DNA from: a virus
Taxonomy: Duplodnaviria > Heunggongvirae > Uroviricota > Caudoviricetes
DNA length: 64,000 nt
Strand: one strand, 5' to 3'
IMG/VR virus record: IMGVR_UViG_3300013121_000049
Coordinates: 16,253-80,252 of that record
Positions 17,935-26,948 of the stretch are shown one piece after another. Position numbers and translations under genes: made by a program. Numbering within the stretch: the stretch's first letter is position 1; every line of letters begins with the position of its first letter. The notes beneath the pieces are model-generated. The model worked only from the letters and a program-made list of their open reading frames with translations. It was not told the DNA's origin and did not search any database.

Positions 17935-18984
17935 TTATCGAATGGCGGCGAGAGCCAGCGGGCCGTACTTGAGGGCGGCATCCATGTGGTTGATACCCAG
18001 ATGGTGGGTTTGCGAGCGCTGGGCCTGCAGGTCTTCCTTGCGGAACATCAGCGCCATGGCTTCAGCGTCGGGATCCGGACCGGTGCGGATACGGTGGAGC
18101 GCGGCGTTGGCGGCCTGACGGGTCTTCTCCTCTGACCGCTGGTTCATGTAGGCGGTGCCGGCGGAAGCCAGTCCCATGCCCAGAGCGAACATCTTGGTGG
18201 GACGGCGCAGGCGGCTGATGTACTTGCGCACCGGCTTCTCGTAGATTTCCGGCGGTATGTACCGGTCGTGCAGGGTTTTCTTGACCAGCACAGGGTCGAC
18301 GCCGAGGTCCGCTACCTGGGACAGGCGCTCCTTGGAAAGCATGGGGGCCCCGATGCCGTGTTGTTTCAAGATTTCGGCCGGAGGCGACGGCAACTCGGCT
18401 TGCAGGGCACGCATCCCCTTGCGGGCTTTCTGCTCCGGCGTCTTGGCGCGAAAGCGGTCCCACCGTTGCCGGAATCCCGGGCTGACTTCCCGGTGCATCC
18501 ACAGCGCGTCTTCCTCCGAGAGCGGTGCGTACTTCAACTGATCGCGGCCCGCTCGCAAGAGATCGGCGTTCAGCGGCATGTATTCGGCCTTCAGCGGGTG
18601 CAAGCGCTGCAGATGCGGCTTTCCGGCCTCCACTGTCTTGGCGATCTCCTCGTCATAGCGACGGGCAACCTCGGCGTTCATCTCCGCCAGGTAGTGGTTC
18701 TTGTAGGGGTTGTGCACAGCCAGCATGGACCCGACCAGGCCGCCCATGGCCGCCCCGCCGAGGCCAGCCTCCGCCACAGGCAACGCCTGGTCCGTGAAGG
18801 ACGGCTTGGGGATATCGGACCCCGGTCGACTGGCGTACATGCGCAGGAAGTCCACCTTGTGCTGCAGCGGCAGGCGGTCAAAGGTGTGACTGTTGACGAT
18901 GTCCAGCATGTCGGAGTTTCCGGTCTGCTGGGCAATGGCATGGCCGCGCATGACAAGGTCGGCGTTGTTCAGTGGGTGGGTCAC
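17935..18984 (-). CDS. Hypothetical late protein, two hydrophobic Gly-rich segments
   Basis: GTG start with GGAG RBS, 25 nt below the GCTAAACTAG motif. Confidence 0.65.
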   Translation of the reverse strand: MTHPLNNADLVMRGHAIAQQTGNSDMLDIVNSHTFDRLPLQHKVDFLRMYASRPGSDIPKPSFTDQALPVAEAGLGGAAMGGLVGSMLAVHNPYKNHYLAEMNAEVARRYDEEIAKTVEAGKPHLQRLHPLKAEYMPLNADLLRAGRDQLKYAPLSEEDALWMHREVSPGFRQRWDRFRAKTPEQKARKGMRALQAELPSPPAEILKQHGIGAPMLSKERLSQVADLGVDPVLVKKTLHDRYIPPEIYEKPVRKYISRLRRPTKMFALGMGLASAGTAYMNQRSEEKTRQAANAALHRIRTGPDPDAEAMALMFRKEDLQAQRSQTHHLGINHMDAALKYGPLALAAIR

Positions 18985-19009
18985 GACGGTGCTCCGGGAA
19001 ACCTGCCCC

Positions 19010-19019
19010 CTAGTTTAGC
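19010..19019 (-). promoter_or_regulatory. Putative late promoter GCTAAACTAG
   Basis: Identical 10-mer at 59523-59532; both lie 21-25 nt upstream of the first gene of a minus-strand late unit. Confidence 0.55.
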
Positions 19020-19036
19020 CCGAAGTCGGCAACGCG

Positions 19037-19044
19037 GGTATAAG
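19037..19044 (+). promoter_or_regulatory. GGTATAAG promoter motif (start of early island)
   Basis: Intergenic; followed by GGAGGTG RBS and ATG 19063. Confidence 0.72.
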
Positions 19045-19062
19045 GCTATGGAGGTGATAATC

Positions 19063-19332
19063 ATGTCTGCCCAAAAACTTTTGGTCGGTTTCCCCCGGCC
19101 TGCTGCAAACCTCACGGACGGAGACCCGGTCCCCGGGTGTCTGGCGTCGATCAAATGGCGTTGCCACGACAAGACCGTCGCCCACCTGACCGTCGATCAG
19201 AAACCCTACGGTCTTTTTTACTTCCTGCGCGTCTACGACAAGACCGGCGCCCTGATTCGCGGCACCCCCAAGGTCGTGCACGGCCGCCGCGATGAACTCT
19301 CCCTCCTTGCCACCCTGGAAAAATACCTATGA
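19063..19332 (+). CDS. Hypothetical protein
   Basis: MSAQKLLVG...; strong RBS; coupled to the next gene. Confidence 0.7.
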   Translation: MSAQKLLVGFPRPAANLTDGDPVPGCLASIKWRCHDKTVAHLTVDQKPYGLFYFLRVYDKTGALIRGTPKVVHGRRDELSLLATLEKYL

Positions 19333-19877
19333 CCGCGAAAACCCACCCCTTGCATGCCGATCTGGACGACCTGGTGTGCGCCGCCGAAGACCTGCGGGAC
19401 GCCATCCGGGAGACGCCGTGGAGCCTGATGTACGCGGAGAACCGTCTCGCTTTCGGCGGAAAACTCGTTCCCCGGCCGGCAGCCATCACCAAGCAGTTGA
19501 ACGACTTCAGGGAAGAAATCCAGGCAAAGTCCACAATGCACCTTCTGGAAAAAATCCAGACAAACACAGACTCCCCGAAGCCGACCCTTACCCAACTGTT
19601 CCACGCACTCTCCGGCATCAACGAAGGCGTCCCACTGACGATCCGCACGTTCTACCTGGCCATGTCGATGGATATCCCCTTGTCCACGGTAGTCGACGCC
19701 TATATGGCCCGCCATGGCCTGCCTTGGCGCTGCAGAAACGAAGAGTCCATCAGCGAGCATGGCTTGATGAGATTCCTCTTCGACCGATGGGGAGTTGCCT
19801 ATCCCACCGTCGAAATCACCGAGGAAATGCTGAACAGCATGATCTCTCACTTCAACTTGTACAAACAGGAGAACTGA
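19329..19877 (+). CDS. Hypothetical protein
   Basis: ATGA-coupled ORF, 182 aa. Confidence 0.7.
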   Translation: MTAKTHPLHADLDDLVCAAEDLRDAIRETPWSLMYAENRLAFGGKLVPRPAAITKQLNDFREEIQAKSTMHLLEKIQTNTDSPKPTLTQLFHALSGINEGVPLTIRTFYLAMSMDIPLSTVVDAYMARHGLPWRCRNEESISEHGLMRFLFDRWGVAYPTVEITEEMLNSMISHFNLYKQEN

Positions 19878-19878
19878 T

Positions 19879-20505
19879 GTGAGCCACGCCGATCCCTACC
19901 TCAATCAGGCCCTGGACGCCACAGAAGGCCTGCGTGTTGCCCTGTCCAAGCTGCACGAGCACAACGTCGACATCGGCAGCCTGGGCGATGACCTCCGCAA
20001 CATGCAGGCCAAGTTGACCGCCCTGAAAGCGGACACCGACTACGGCGACGGCCTGTCTGTGCTCGAAAACGCACTCGCCGAACTGGCCCGCATCGGCCCG
20101 CGGCGCGACGACCAGCATCTGGATTGGCGCATGGTGCTGCTCAAGCAGATGTTTCCTTTCAACCGGCCGCTGCCCGTACGCGCCCTGTGCTTTGGCTATG
20201 GCATGGGCATCCTCTGCGACGTCACCCTTTCCCGATTCATGGACGAGTACACCGGCGGCGCGCTGAGCTTGAACGGCAGGTTTCCCGGAAACATCTCCGC
20301 CGTACTGCAGCTGCTCAACGGCTCGGGAATCGGGGCCTCCGCCGGCACACTGGGGGTAGCCGATCTGGATATCCTCCGTCAAAAAGACTACGCGACGGCA
20401 ACCCATGCGTGGGGGGACATCCTCCTGCAAGCCGGCAAAACAGGGGGCTTCCGCCTGATGACTGCCGACGGCAAAGTGAATCGCGACGCCGGGAAAAGCT
20501 CATGA
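19879..20505 (+). CDS. Hypothetical protein
   Basis: AGGAG RBS; coupled ORF. Confidence 0.7.
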   Translation: MSHADPYLNQALDATEGLRVALSKLHEHNVDIGSLGDDLRNMQAKLTALKADTDYGDGLSVLENALAELARIGPRRDDQHLDWRMVLLKQMFPFNRPLPVRALCFGYGMGILCDVTLSRFMDEYTGGALSLNGRFPGNISAVLQLLNGSGIGASAGTLGVADLDILRQKDYATATHAWGDILLQAGKTGGFRLMTADGKVNRDAGKSS

Positions 20506-20894
20506 TTGTCGCCGCGAAAGACCTCTCCGGCGCCGCCCTGGATTGGGCTGTCGCCAAAGCGGAGGGATTGCCGCTGAAAAAAGACCCGATGGGGTTTGGG
20601 TCAGGGAGCGAGGCCGGATGGTGGGTGTGGTACGGAACGCCTGCTTCCGAAAAGGTAGGCTCCCAGCTCTCCCCCTCCAGAAACTGGGAACAAGGCGGCG
20701 TCATCCTGGAGCGTGAAAACATCGCCGTGGAGCTGATGACAGCCCCCGGCCAACTGCCGAAAGTCTGGATGTCCCATTCACCGTCCCACCTGTGTTTTAT
20801 CTCCTACGGGCCAACCGCCCTGATTGCCGCCATGCGCACCCACGTCGCCGCCAAGCTCGGCGGCGACATCGACATCCCCGAGGACCTGACATGA
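20502..20894 (+). CDS. NinX/DUF2591-family phage protein
   Basis: LSGAALDWAVAKAEG...SPSRNWEQGGVILERE...GPTALIAAMR...KLG motifs. Confidence 0.8.
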   Translation: MIVAAKDLSGAALDWAVAKAEGLPLKKDPMGFGSGSEAGWWVWYGTPASEKVGSQLSPSRNWEQGGVILERENIAVELMTAPGQLPKVWMSHSPSHLCFISYGPTALIAAMRTHVAAKLGGDIDIPEDLT

Positions 20895-21538
20895 AACTGA
20901 ACAAGACCATCAAGAAAGCCATGCGCGAAGCCGCCGTGAAAGTGCTGTTCGACGCACAGGCTCCGGTGCTGCGTGCGGAAGCCGTCCGACTGGCGGACGG
21001 CTTGTACGCGCACGAATACAATGACACCGACTTGAACGCGATTCTGGCTGCGCTCGCCGGCAAGGACAGACGTTGGCTGCACTGGGCGGACAGTGTCACC
21101 CTGCACGACGGGCTATACCTCTCCCATTTCATGAGCAAAGACAGCCACGAATGGAACAAACGCGATGATATCCGGAAGATATGGGGAACGTATGGCTGGG
21201 CGACCCTGCCGATGAGCGCGTCGCGTCCCTTCCCCCACGCTTACGCCGGACGACTGCCGAAGATATCCCAGAAAAGTCACCCCTTGCACGAGGGCTTCAA
21301 GAACGCCGTGATGTACCTTTACAGCAGAACCGAGCGGTTGATCCGCGATAGCGACGCCCTGACGGAGGAAGTCGACCAGCTGCTGGCGTCGATCCCCACG
21401 TTGAAGAAGCTGGAAGAAGTCTGGCCGGAGGGCACGCGCTTCCTGCCGCCCATCGAAGCCCCTGTGAAACCCATCGTCCCCGTCAACCTGACGGAATCCA
21501 TCAACGCCCGCATCTTCTCGGGAGCCAACGTCCAATGA
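20891..21538 (+). CDS. Nucleotide modification-associated domain 5 (Nmad5)-like protein
   Basis: MKLNKTIK N-terminus and C-terminal LASIPTLKKLEEVWPEGTRFLP motif. Confidence 0.65.
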   Translation: MKLNKTIKKAMREAAVKVLFDAQAPVLRAEAVRLADGLYAHEYNDTDLNAILAALAGKDRRWLHWADSVTLHDGLYLSHFMSKDSHEWNKRDDIRKIWGTYGWATLPMSASRPFPHAYAGRLPKISQKSHPLHEGFKNAVMYLYSRTERLIRDSDALTEEVDQLLASIPTLKKLEEVWPEGTRFLPPIEAPVKPIVPVNLTESINARIFSGANVQ

Positions 21539-22485
21539 AAGCTATCGCCAAGGAAACCCTGATCCGTGCGCTGAACCGCATGGGCTACGGCCAAACGCCG
21601 AACAGCCTGCAGATCCACCACGAACCCTTGGGGCCCGGCCTCCCCATCGGCTTCCGCGTCTATCGGGACGTCGACCTGTCCCTGGAAGACTGCGTGGATT
21701 TCCTGGTGTTTCACGGTAATCCGTCTACCCTGGTGGCCCGCTTCCAGTACACCACGGCACGCGGAAACCTGATTTCCGAGGAAATCACGACGGGCGCAGC
21801 GGAGTCCGGTCAAGTTGCCGAATTCCTCGGTGTGGTAGCTGAACGCATGGACTCGTACGGCTATTCGCGCGCACCGAACGAAGAGCAGCCCAAGGAGGAA
21901 GTGCTGCTCGGCCGCTACTTGGAAGTCCTCTCCTTGCGTTTCCCGCATGTTCCGGCGCCCGACCGCTACGACCGCAACATCGTCGACGGCATCGCCATGG
22001 CGGAGTGGATCCCCAAGCGCAGCCTGGATTCGTTCCTGCTGGAGGTCTCGGAAAACCGGTTGGCCTTCTTCCGGCAGAAACGGGAAGCCTACGGCGGTCC
22101 GGTCAACACCACGGAATATCTGATCCTGGACGGCGGGGAGTTGCTGGACGCGCACGGCGCGGCAGCGGCGACCATCATCGGCCAGGTGCTGGACGTCTAC
22201 TGGAATGGCGGCGGCGACCCGTTCCCTGACATGCCGCCGATTAAACCGGAGGGTAAGCCCGCTCCAGTGTACGTCCCTCCGGTTACCGGACAACCAAAGC
22301 CGAATGACCCCGACCGAGTGGTGATCCCCGGGGCGCTGAAGCGCGGCATGCCGGAGGTCGACTTCGGCCCGCTGGCCCCCAGCACGGAAGACAGGGTTAA
22401 CGCCATGCGTGCGCCGCGTGCGCCGGTGGACCCCAGCAAGCCCGGCGCCACGCCGGATAACGCCATCGACCTCGGCGACGACTGA
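21535..22485 (+). CDS. Hypothetical protein with Pro-rich C-terminus
   Basis: Coupled 316-aa ORF. Confidence 0.7.
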   Translation: MKAIAKETLIRALNRMGYGQTPNSLQIHHEPLGPGLPIGFRVYRDVDLSLEDCVDFLVFHGNPSTLVARFQYTTARGNLISEEITTGAAESGQVAEFLGVVAERMDSYGYSRAPNEEQPKEEVLLGRYLEVLSLRFPHVPAPDRYDRNIVDGIAMAEWIPKRSLDSFLLEVSENRLAFFRQKREAYGGPVNTTEYLILDGGELLDAHGAAAATIIGQVLDVYWNGGGDPFPDMPPIKPEGKPAPVYVPPVTGQPKPNDPDRVVIPGALKRGMPEVDFGPLAPSTEDRVNAMRAPRAPVDPSKPGATPDNAIDLGDD

Positions 22486-22493
22486 GGTATAAG
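22486..22493 (+). promoter_or_regulatory. GGTATAAG promoter motif
   Basis: Intergenic, upstream of 22539. Confidence 0.7.
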
Positions 22494-22538
22494 GACTCGG
22501 GGTGCTATGCCCCGAGCCTGCTTTTCTGGAGAGTCCCC

Positions 22539-23120
22539 ATGGTAACAGCGCTTCTTTTTTTCGCCGGATTAGGCGCCCTCATCCTATTTGCTTTCTTGTG
22601 CTTCGCTTTCCTGCAAGGAGCCGGGCCGCGCATCACCGCCGCCGCAAGCCGTCTTTTCCCTGATCCAGCGGCACTAAATGCTGCCCAGATCAACGACAAC
22701 CTTGCCAGCCAGGTATTTTTCACGTTGATGCAGGTCTACAAGCCTTGCGCCAAGGCCGGCTTCCGTCCGCTGACTGCGACGGAGATGAGCCTGCTGCAGA
22801 GAGCCTTCCAATACGACCTGAAGCGGCAGATGTTCCGCGAACGCTACACCCACCGCAAGGCAATGATGTCGAACTCCGAATTGCGGGAAGAAGCCGCGGC
22901 GTGCTTTGTCCGAGTAGTGTCTCCGCTTTTTCCGGATGCCGCCGTCACACGCCTGCTGGAGCATGCGAACGTCATCGTCCAGATGGAGAGCTACAGCGGC
23001 TCTACGCCGGAACTTCGTGAATGGACGATCGGCATGCCTATCGAGGCACCACAACCGTCCGCCGCTGACGGCGCGCCGCCCGCAGTATCGCTTTCAGGCC
23101 TTCCACTGAAATCTTCGTGA
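22539..23120 (+). CDS. N-terminally membrane-anchored hypothetical protein
   Basis: Hydrophobic N-terminus MVTALLFFAGLGALILFAFLCFAFL. Confidence 0.7.
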   Translation: MVTALLFFAGLGALILFAFLCFAFLQGAGPRITAAASRLFPDPAALNAAQINDNLASQVFFTLMQVYKPCAKAGFRPLTATEMSLLQRAFQYDLKRQMFRERYTHRKAMMSNSELREEAAACFVRVVSPLFPDAAVTRLLEHANVIVQMESYSGSTPELREWTIGMPIEAPQPSAADGAPPAVSLSGLPLKSS

Positions 23121-23553
23121 CCGGCCCCAGGAACCGCTTGTCGTCGTACTGCTTGAGGAACGCCCGGATGGCTTCGTCGCGCCGGCGGAAGCCCAGCATG
23201 ACCTTGTCTTCGTCCCACTTGCCCCAGTCGCCGGCCACCCGCTGGTGGACCACATAGGCAAACGGGGCTTTCTTGTCGGGACCGACGTAGACATCCAGGG
23301 CGTCGCCGTCGCGTCCCCGGGTCGCCTCGATGTAGCCATAGGGATGGTGCATCTTCACCTTCCAGCCCGGGCCTTCCCGCGTGCTGCCCTTGGGGTTCTC
23401 GATGGCGATCGGGATGCCCTGAAAGTCGACCCTCGGCTTGAAATAGTTCCCCGCGCGGATCTGGGCATCGGTCGGCTTCCGCCACACGCCGCGACCACCC
23501 AAGTCTTCGCGCAATTCCGCGAGCTTTCGCATCTCACACAGGAAATCGTTCAT
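23038..23553 (-). CDS. InPase (inorganic pyrophosphatase-like, polyvalent-protein family) domain protein
   Basis: AGNYFKPRVDFQGIPIAIENPKGSTR...MHHPYGYI...GRDGDALDVYVGP...DEDKVMLGF motifs. Start 23553 (MNDFLCEMRKLA). Confidence 0.82.
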   Translation of the reverse strand: MNDFLCEMRKLAELREDLGGRGVWRKPTDAQIRAGNYFKPRVDFQGIPIAIENPKGSTREGPGWKVKMHHPYGYIEATRGRDGDALDVYVGPDKKAPFAYVVHQRVAGDWGKWDEDKVMLGFRRRDEAIRAFLKQYDDKRFLGPVTKISVEGLKAILRAARRQRRTVVVPR

Positions 23554-24265
23554 GTCCAAAACCCCCAACCCGATCCCCGATGATACACCCGGCGCCATTG
23601 TCTTTGCATACGGCGACCCCCTGCCCAAGATGCAGTGGGGTGGAAACCCCGTGTTTATCCTTCCCGATCGCAGCGTGCTCGATCGATTGGGCCTTTGCCG
23701 ACTGCTCAAAGACCTCGACCTGAATCCTGACCAGCCTCGGATCATGACCTTGCACTTGATGCCGCTCCCACGCCCGGAGGGGCTCGGCAGTACCACCATC
23801 TGGTGGCGTAGCCGGGATGGTCGCACGGACCTGTCTCCCGCAGATCAACTGACCTGGCTGAGCCCGGAAGAGCTGAACCATGCCTCTGCAATAGGCCGCT
23901 ACGATTTTGAGCTTTGCGACGGAGACATCATCGACTGGTGCATGCCCTATCGCCTGCAAGGCGGCTGGTACGCGCTTCAGCCCGCTCCGAAAGGCCTGCC
24001 CCCTTTTCTTCGGAAAAACGAGTACGAGGATACCGGGACGTCTGTGGTGAAGGTTACCGTCGTAGAAGCGGATAACCGGGTCTTGCCGTATTTTCTGGAC
24101 CTGGCGGAGGTTGCCCTTATGAAGCCGGTGGATGTCGTTCTGTCCAAGAGTGCCCGGGTAGAAAAACGCACGGGGGTGTACCTGAGAAACCAGATGGCCT
24201 TGGTCGTCAAAGGTCACGACATCATCAACCGCTGGATCGCTTACAAGGCCCGGGTGCAAAAATGA
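23552..24265 (+). CDS. Hypothetical protein
   Basis: 237 aa; AGGA RBS; its ATG overlaps the divergent InPase ATG (CATG). Confidence 0.65.
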   Translation: MSKTPNPIPDDTPGAIVFAYGDPLPKMQWGGNPVFILPDRSVLDRLGLCRLLKDLDLNPDQPRIMTLHLMPLPRPEGLGSTTIWWRSRDGRTDLSPADQLTWLSPEELNHASAIGRYDFELCDGDIIDWCMPYRLQGGWYALQPAPKGLPPFLRKNEYEDTGTSVVKVTVVEADNRVLPYFLDLAEVALMKPVDVVLSKSARVEKRTGVYLRNQMALVVKGHDIINRWIAYKARVQK

Positions 24266-24342
24266 ACAAGGATGCTCCTCTGGAATGCCCCTGCGGAAAG
24301 GGGGAAAATCGGGCCTCCCACTGACACGATGTCGAGACCGCA

Positions 24343-24609
24343 ATGCGCCGAAGTTACACCCTGACTATCCGGTCGCCCCAAACGACGGTGTCTTCCGTGA
24401 TCCGGAAAGACACTCGCCTGGAAATCAAGGACGCCGCTCTGGAGATGGTCGCCGTGCTCTGCCCACCGCAGGTGCGCGGCGCCGCCCTGAGCAACCTGGC
24501 CCGGATGATGGCCTTTGAAATTCCGCCGTACTCCAAGAGCGTCTCCACAGTGAGCGCCTGCGGACAGTACGCGGTTCTCCTGCAAGAAACCCTGCCTCAA
24601 GAGAACTAG
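24343..24609 (+). CDS. Hypothetical protein
   Basis: 88-aa ORF in the plus-strand run. Confidence 0.55.
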   Translation: MRRSYTLTIRSPQTTVSSVIRKDTRLEIKDAALEMVAVLCPPQVRGAALSNLARMMAFEIPPYSKSVSTVSACGQYAVLLQETLPQEN

Positions 24610-24613
24610 ACCC

Positions 24614-25252
24614 ATGAGTAATCTCGAACCCCTCAACGTCATCATGCAGTTCCATTTCGCCGTGACGAATTACTCCGGAGACCCCTCTCTGGAAGACCAC
24701 CGCCGTCGGGCCCTGAAGGGCCTGCAGACCAGTTTGACCAAGAGCACCGGCGTCGACCTGTCGGCCTACGACAGCGTGCTGGAGACGGCGGCCCCCCTCC
24801 CCGAGACCGAAACCTACCCGGACGCCCCGGGCGATGAGGTGATCATCAGCCATGTGTTCGGCCGTGCTGTTGACGTCATGGCCCTGATGGCGCCCAATTT
24901 ACCCACGCTGGTGGCTTTTGCATCGGGCCGCACGGCGACTATCTTCCCCGCCGGCCTCTACGAAGTGCTCTGCGCTCTGGATGACGTCGACCTGGTGACC
25001 ATCTCCAATCACCCGGTTTCCCTGACGCGCTTCGTCCGGGTGCTGAGACGCCAGCCCTGGTACACCGAGTTCCTCTCGCGGCAGGAAAACGGCGTCGTGC
25101 TGAACATGGGCACCATCGAGTATCTTCGCGATGATTGCCCGCAGCCGGTCAAGATTTTCCTCAACCTGGCCCACGATGCGCTGGCCATGAAGGGGCAAAT
25201 CGGTCCGAACGGGCCCTACACGCTGGCGGAAGACCCTCCCGAGGGCACTTGA
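24614..25252 (+). CDS. Hypothetical protein
   Basis: 212-aa ORF followed by a terminator. Confidence 0.7.
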   Translation: MSNLEPLNVIMQFHFAVTNYSGDPSLEDHRRRALKGLQTSLTKSTGVDLSAYDSVLETAAPLPETETYPDAPGDEVIISHVFGRAVDVMALMAPNLPTLVAFASGRTATIFPAGLYEVLCALDDVDLVTISNHPVSLTRFVRVLRRQPWYTEFLSRQENGVVLNMGTIEYLRDDCPQPVKIFLNLAHDALAMKGQIGPNGPYTLAEDPPEGT

Positions 25253-25270
25253 TGCCCTCGACGCACTGCG

Positions 25271-25295
25271 AACCGCCTCCGGGCGGTTCTTTTTT
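25271..25295 (+). terminator. Rho-independent terminator
   Basis: AACCGCC-TCCG-GGCGGTT-CTTTTTT. Confidence 0.7.
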
Positions 25296-25309
25296 AGCCA
25301 GGATTCGGT

Positions 25310-25676
25310 TTCCGGCTACCTCTGGAAGACGTCAGGTAGCCGGAAAAAACCGCTCAGGTAGCCGGCGAAACCCTTGCGCCCCAAGGGATGCAGCCGTTGG
25401 GCTACCCGGACTACCTCGGCTACCTCGGAAATAAGCCTGAATATATATGCGCGTGCGCGTCATGCGCGTATACAGGAGTGACATGAGAAAGTAAAGACCG
25501 CTCGTACATAATCTTGTCTGACAATCGACCGCCCTATTTTTTCTTATATATATATATAGTTTTCAGAAAGTAGGTAGTATAGGTAGCCCAAATGACGTAA
25601 CCGTTGGGGCGCAAGGATTTCGCCGGCTACCAAAAGGTAAAAACGAAGTAGCAATTAGGTAGCCGAGGTAGCCGGA
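25310..25676. repeat. Origin-like region: GGTAGCC/GGCTACC iterons, long inverted repeat, AT-rich core
   Basis: Nine exact heptamers plus two variants; 28-bp IR (27/28) at 25357-25384 and 25604-25631; 12-bp perfect stem at 25310-25345; TATATA/T-rich core at about 25535-25570; non-coding. Confidence 0.7.
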
Positions 25677-25680
25677 CTCA

Positions 25681-25688
25681 GGTATAAG
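25681..25688 (+). promoter_or_regulatory. GGTATAAG promoter motif
   Basis: Right edge of the origin-like region. Confidence 0.7.
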
Positions 25689-25729
25689 AATTCAGGCAGG
25701 CAATCACGCCTGCAGTGAAGGAGAGACCT

Positions 25730-25894
25730 GTGTATTCCGTGCGATTTATAAAGTCGAAGGGGGGTTGGTGCATCGTCCATCAGCTCACGCCAGACCACCA
25801 CCGCCGCCACGTCGAGGGGCCGTTTCCGAGCAAGCCGCAAGCCGACGCCCGCTGCAAGGCGTACCAGGAAGGCCGCGCCAAGGAGGAAGACTGA
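25730..25894 (+). CDS. Small hypothetical protein (54 aa, not in the ORF track)
   Basis: AAGGAG RBS, GTG start; TGATG overlap with the next gene. Confidence 0.6.
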   Translation: MYSVRFIKSKGGWCIVHQLTPDHHRRHVEGPFPSKPQADARCKAYQEGRAKEED

Positions 25895-26301
25895 TGGCCG
25901 GCGTCGAAGACTTTGCGTACCTTCCTACCCAGCATTCCTGGCTGGCGACCGAGACGCCGCGCAACGCTATCCCGATGGGCAGCCTCCACCACTGGATCCG
26001 GGATGGCCAGACGTTTGAAAACTATTGCCGCAACCTGGCGGCGTACCTGGCGATCTACGACTCCATTTACGAAGAGGCCGACGCCGAGTTCAACAGCTGC
26101 AAGGAATTCCACCGACGCGCCGCCGGGGATAAGAAAGGCGGGGCGTTTCACCACTACGTTGTTTCCCGGTTGCGGACCATTCGCCTGCGCTATGACCCCG
26201 ATTTGGCCGGACTGGGGATTACCCGGTGCGTCTACTCGCGGGACTCCGTCAAGCGCGTGGCCGATCGTATTGTCGCCGACTGGGAGGAGAAGCCCGTATG
26301 A
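25894..26301 (+). CDS. Hypothetical protein
   Basis: MAGVEDFAY...; GGAGG RBS. Confidence 0.7.
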   Translation: MAGVEDFAYLPTQHSWLATETPRNAIPMGSLHHWIRDGQTFENYCRNLAAYLAIYDSIYEEADAEFNSCKEFHRRAAGDKKGGAFHHYVVSRLRTIRLRYDPDLAGLGITRCVYSRDSVKRVADRIVADWEEKPV

Positions 26302-26681
26302 AAGCCACGCAAACGCCGCGCGGCGAGCCCCTGTGGACCGACGTGATCACTCCGAAAGGCGTGCCTTTGTCTGATCTGTATTTCTACTCCGATCCGGAAG
26401 GGGTAGACGTGGAGGCCAGACTGGCCGGGTTCCTGGCCTTGGCTGACGAGATCGCCGAGGAGGTTGACTCGACCTATGCGACCCGACGCGAGGCGCATTG
26501 CCAGCCCCACCAATCGGCTGCAACCTGGCCCTACGCCTTGTATGACCAGGTCGGCGTGGCGGTGAGGAAGCGCATAAAGGGTTTGATGGCTACCGAAATT
26601 GCCGTCGCGTTCTCCATGCAGTACTCGCTCCAGAAGTGCATCGCCGTGTACTTGTTGGCGCGCCATGAGGAGGGTGCATGA
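26298..26681 (+). CDS. Hypothetical protein
   Basis: MKATQTP...; ATGA coupling. Confidence 0.65.
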   Translation: MKATQTPRGEPLWTDVITPKGVPLSDLYFYSDPEGVDVEARLAGFLALADEIAEEVDSTYATRREAHCQPHQSAATWPYALYDQVGVAVRKRIKGLMATEIAVAFSMQYSLQKCIAVYLLARHEEGA

Positions 26682-26866
26682 ACTGCAAGATGTGTCGGTT
26701 TGCCTACCGCCGCCGGGGGGATGGGGGGCCGCCAAGCTCCCCGACATCTTTCTGCCGCCAGGTGAATACGAAGTCGAAGTCACCGTCCTCATTCGCCCGT
26801 TGCCTGGAAAAAAGCGCCGACCGGTTTCGGGCGCTACTAAACCATAGGGGGAGGCTGTCGACCTAG
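26674..26866 (+). CDS. Small hypothetical protein, reading frame ambiguous (26674-26847 or 26678-26866)
   Basis: Two overlapping frames across two G6 runs. Confidence 0.35.
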
Positions 26867-26871
26867 CATAC

Positions 26872-26901
26872 TTGATTGAAAAAAGCTATTGCCGGTATAA
26901 G
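26872..26901 (+). promoter_or_regulatory. Promoter TTGATT-N18-TATAAG (contains GGTATAAG)
   Basis: Intergenic, upstream of the DUF4262 gene. Confidence 0.7.
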
Positions 26902-26948
26902 GAAATGTACTGGTACGTACATCCCATCATTCCCACCGGAGAATCTCC

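Noticed and set aside
25310-25676. Heptamer repeats as a mini-CRISPR, tRNA or IS end
   Set aside because: No constant repeat-spacer period, no cloverleaf, no transposase or target-site duplication.
26674-26866. Programmed frameshift across the G6 runs
   Set aside because: No in-frame X XXY YYZ heptamer. It is more likely start-site ambiguity or a homopolymer error.
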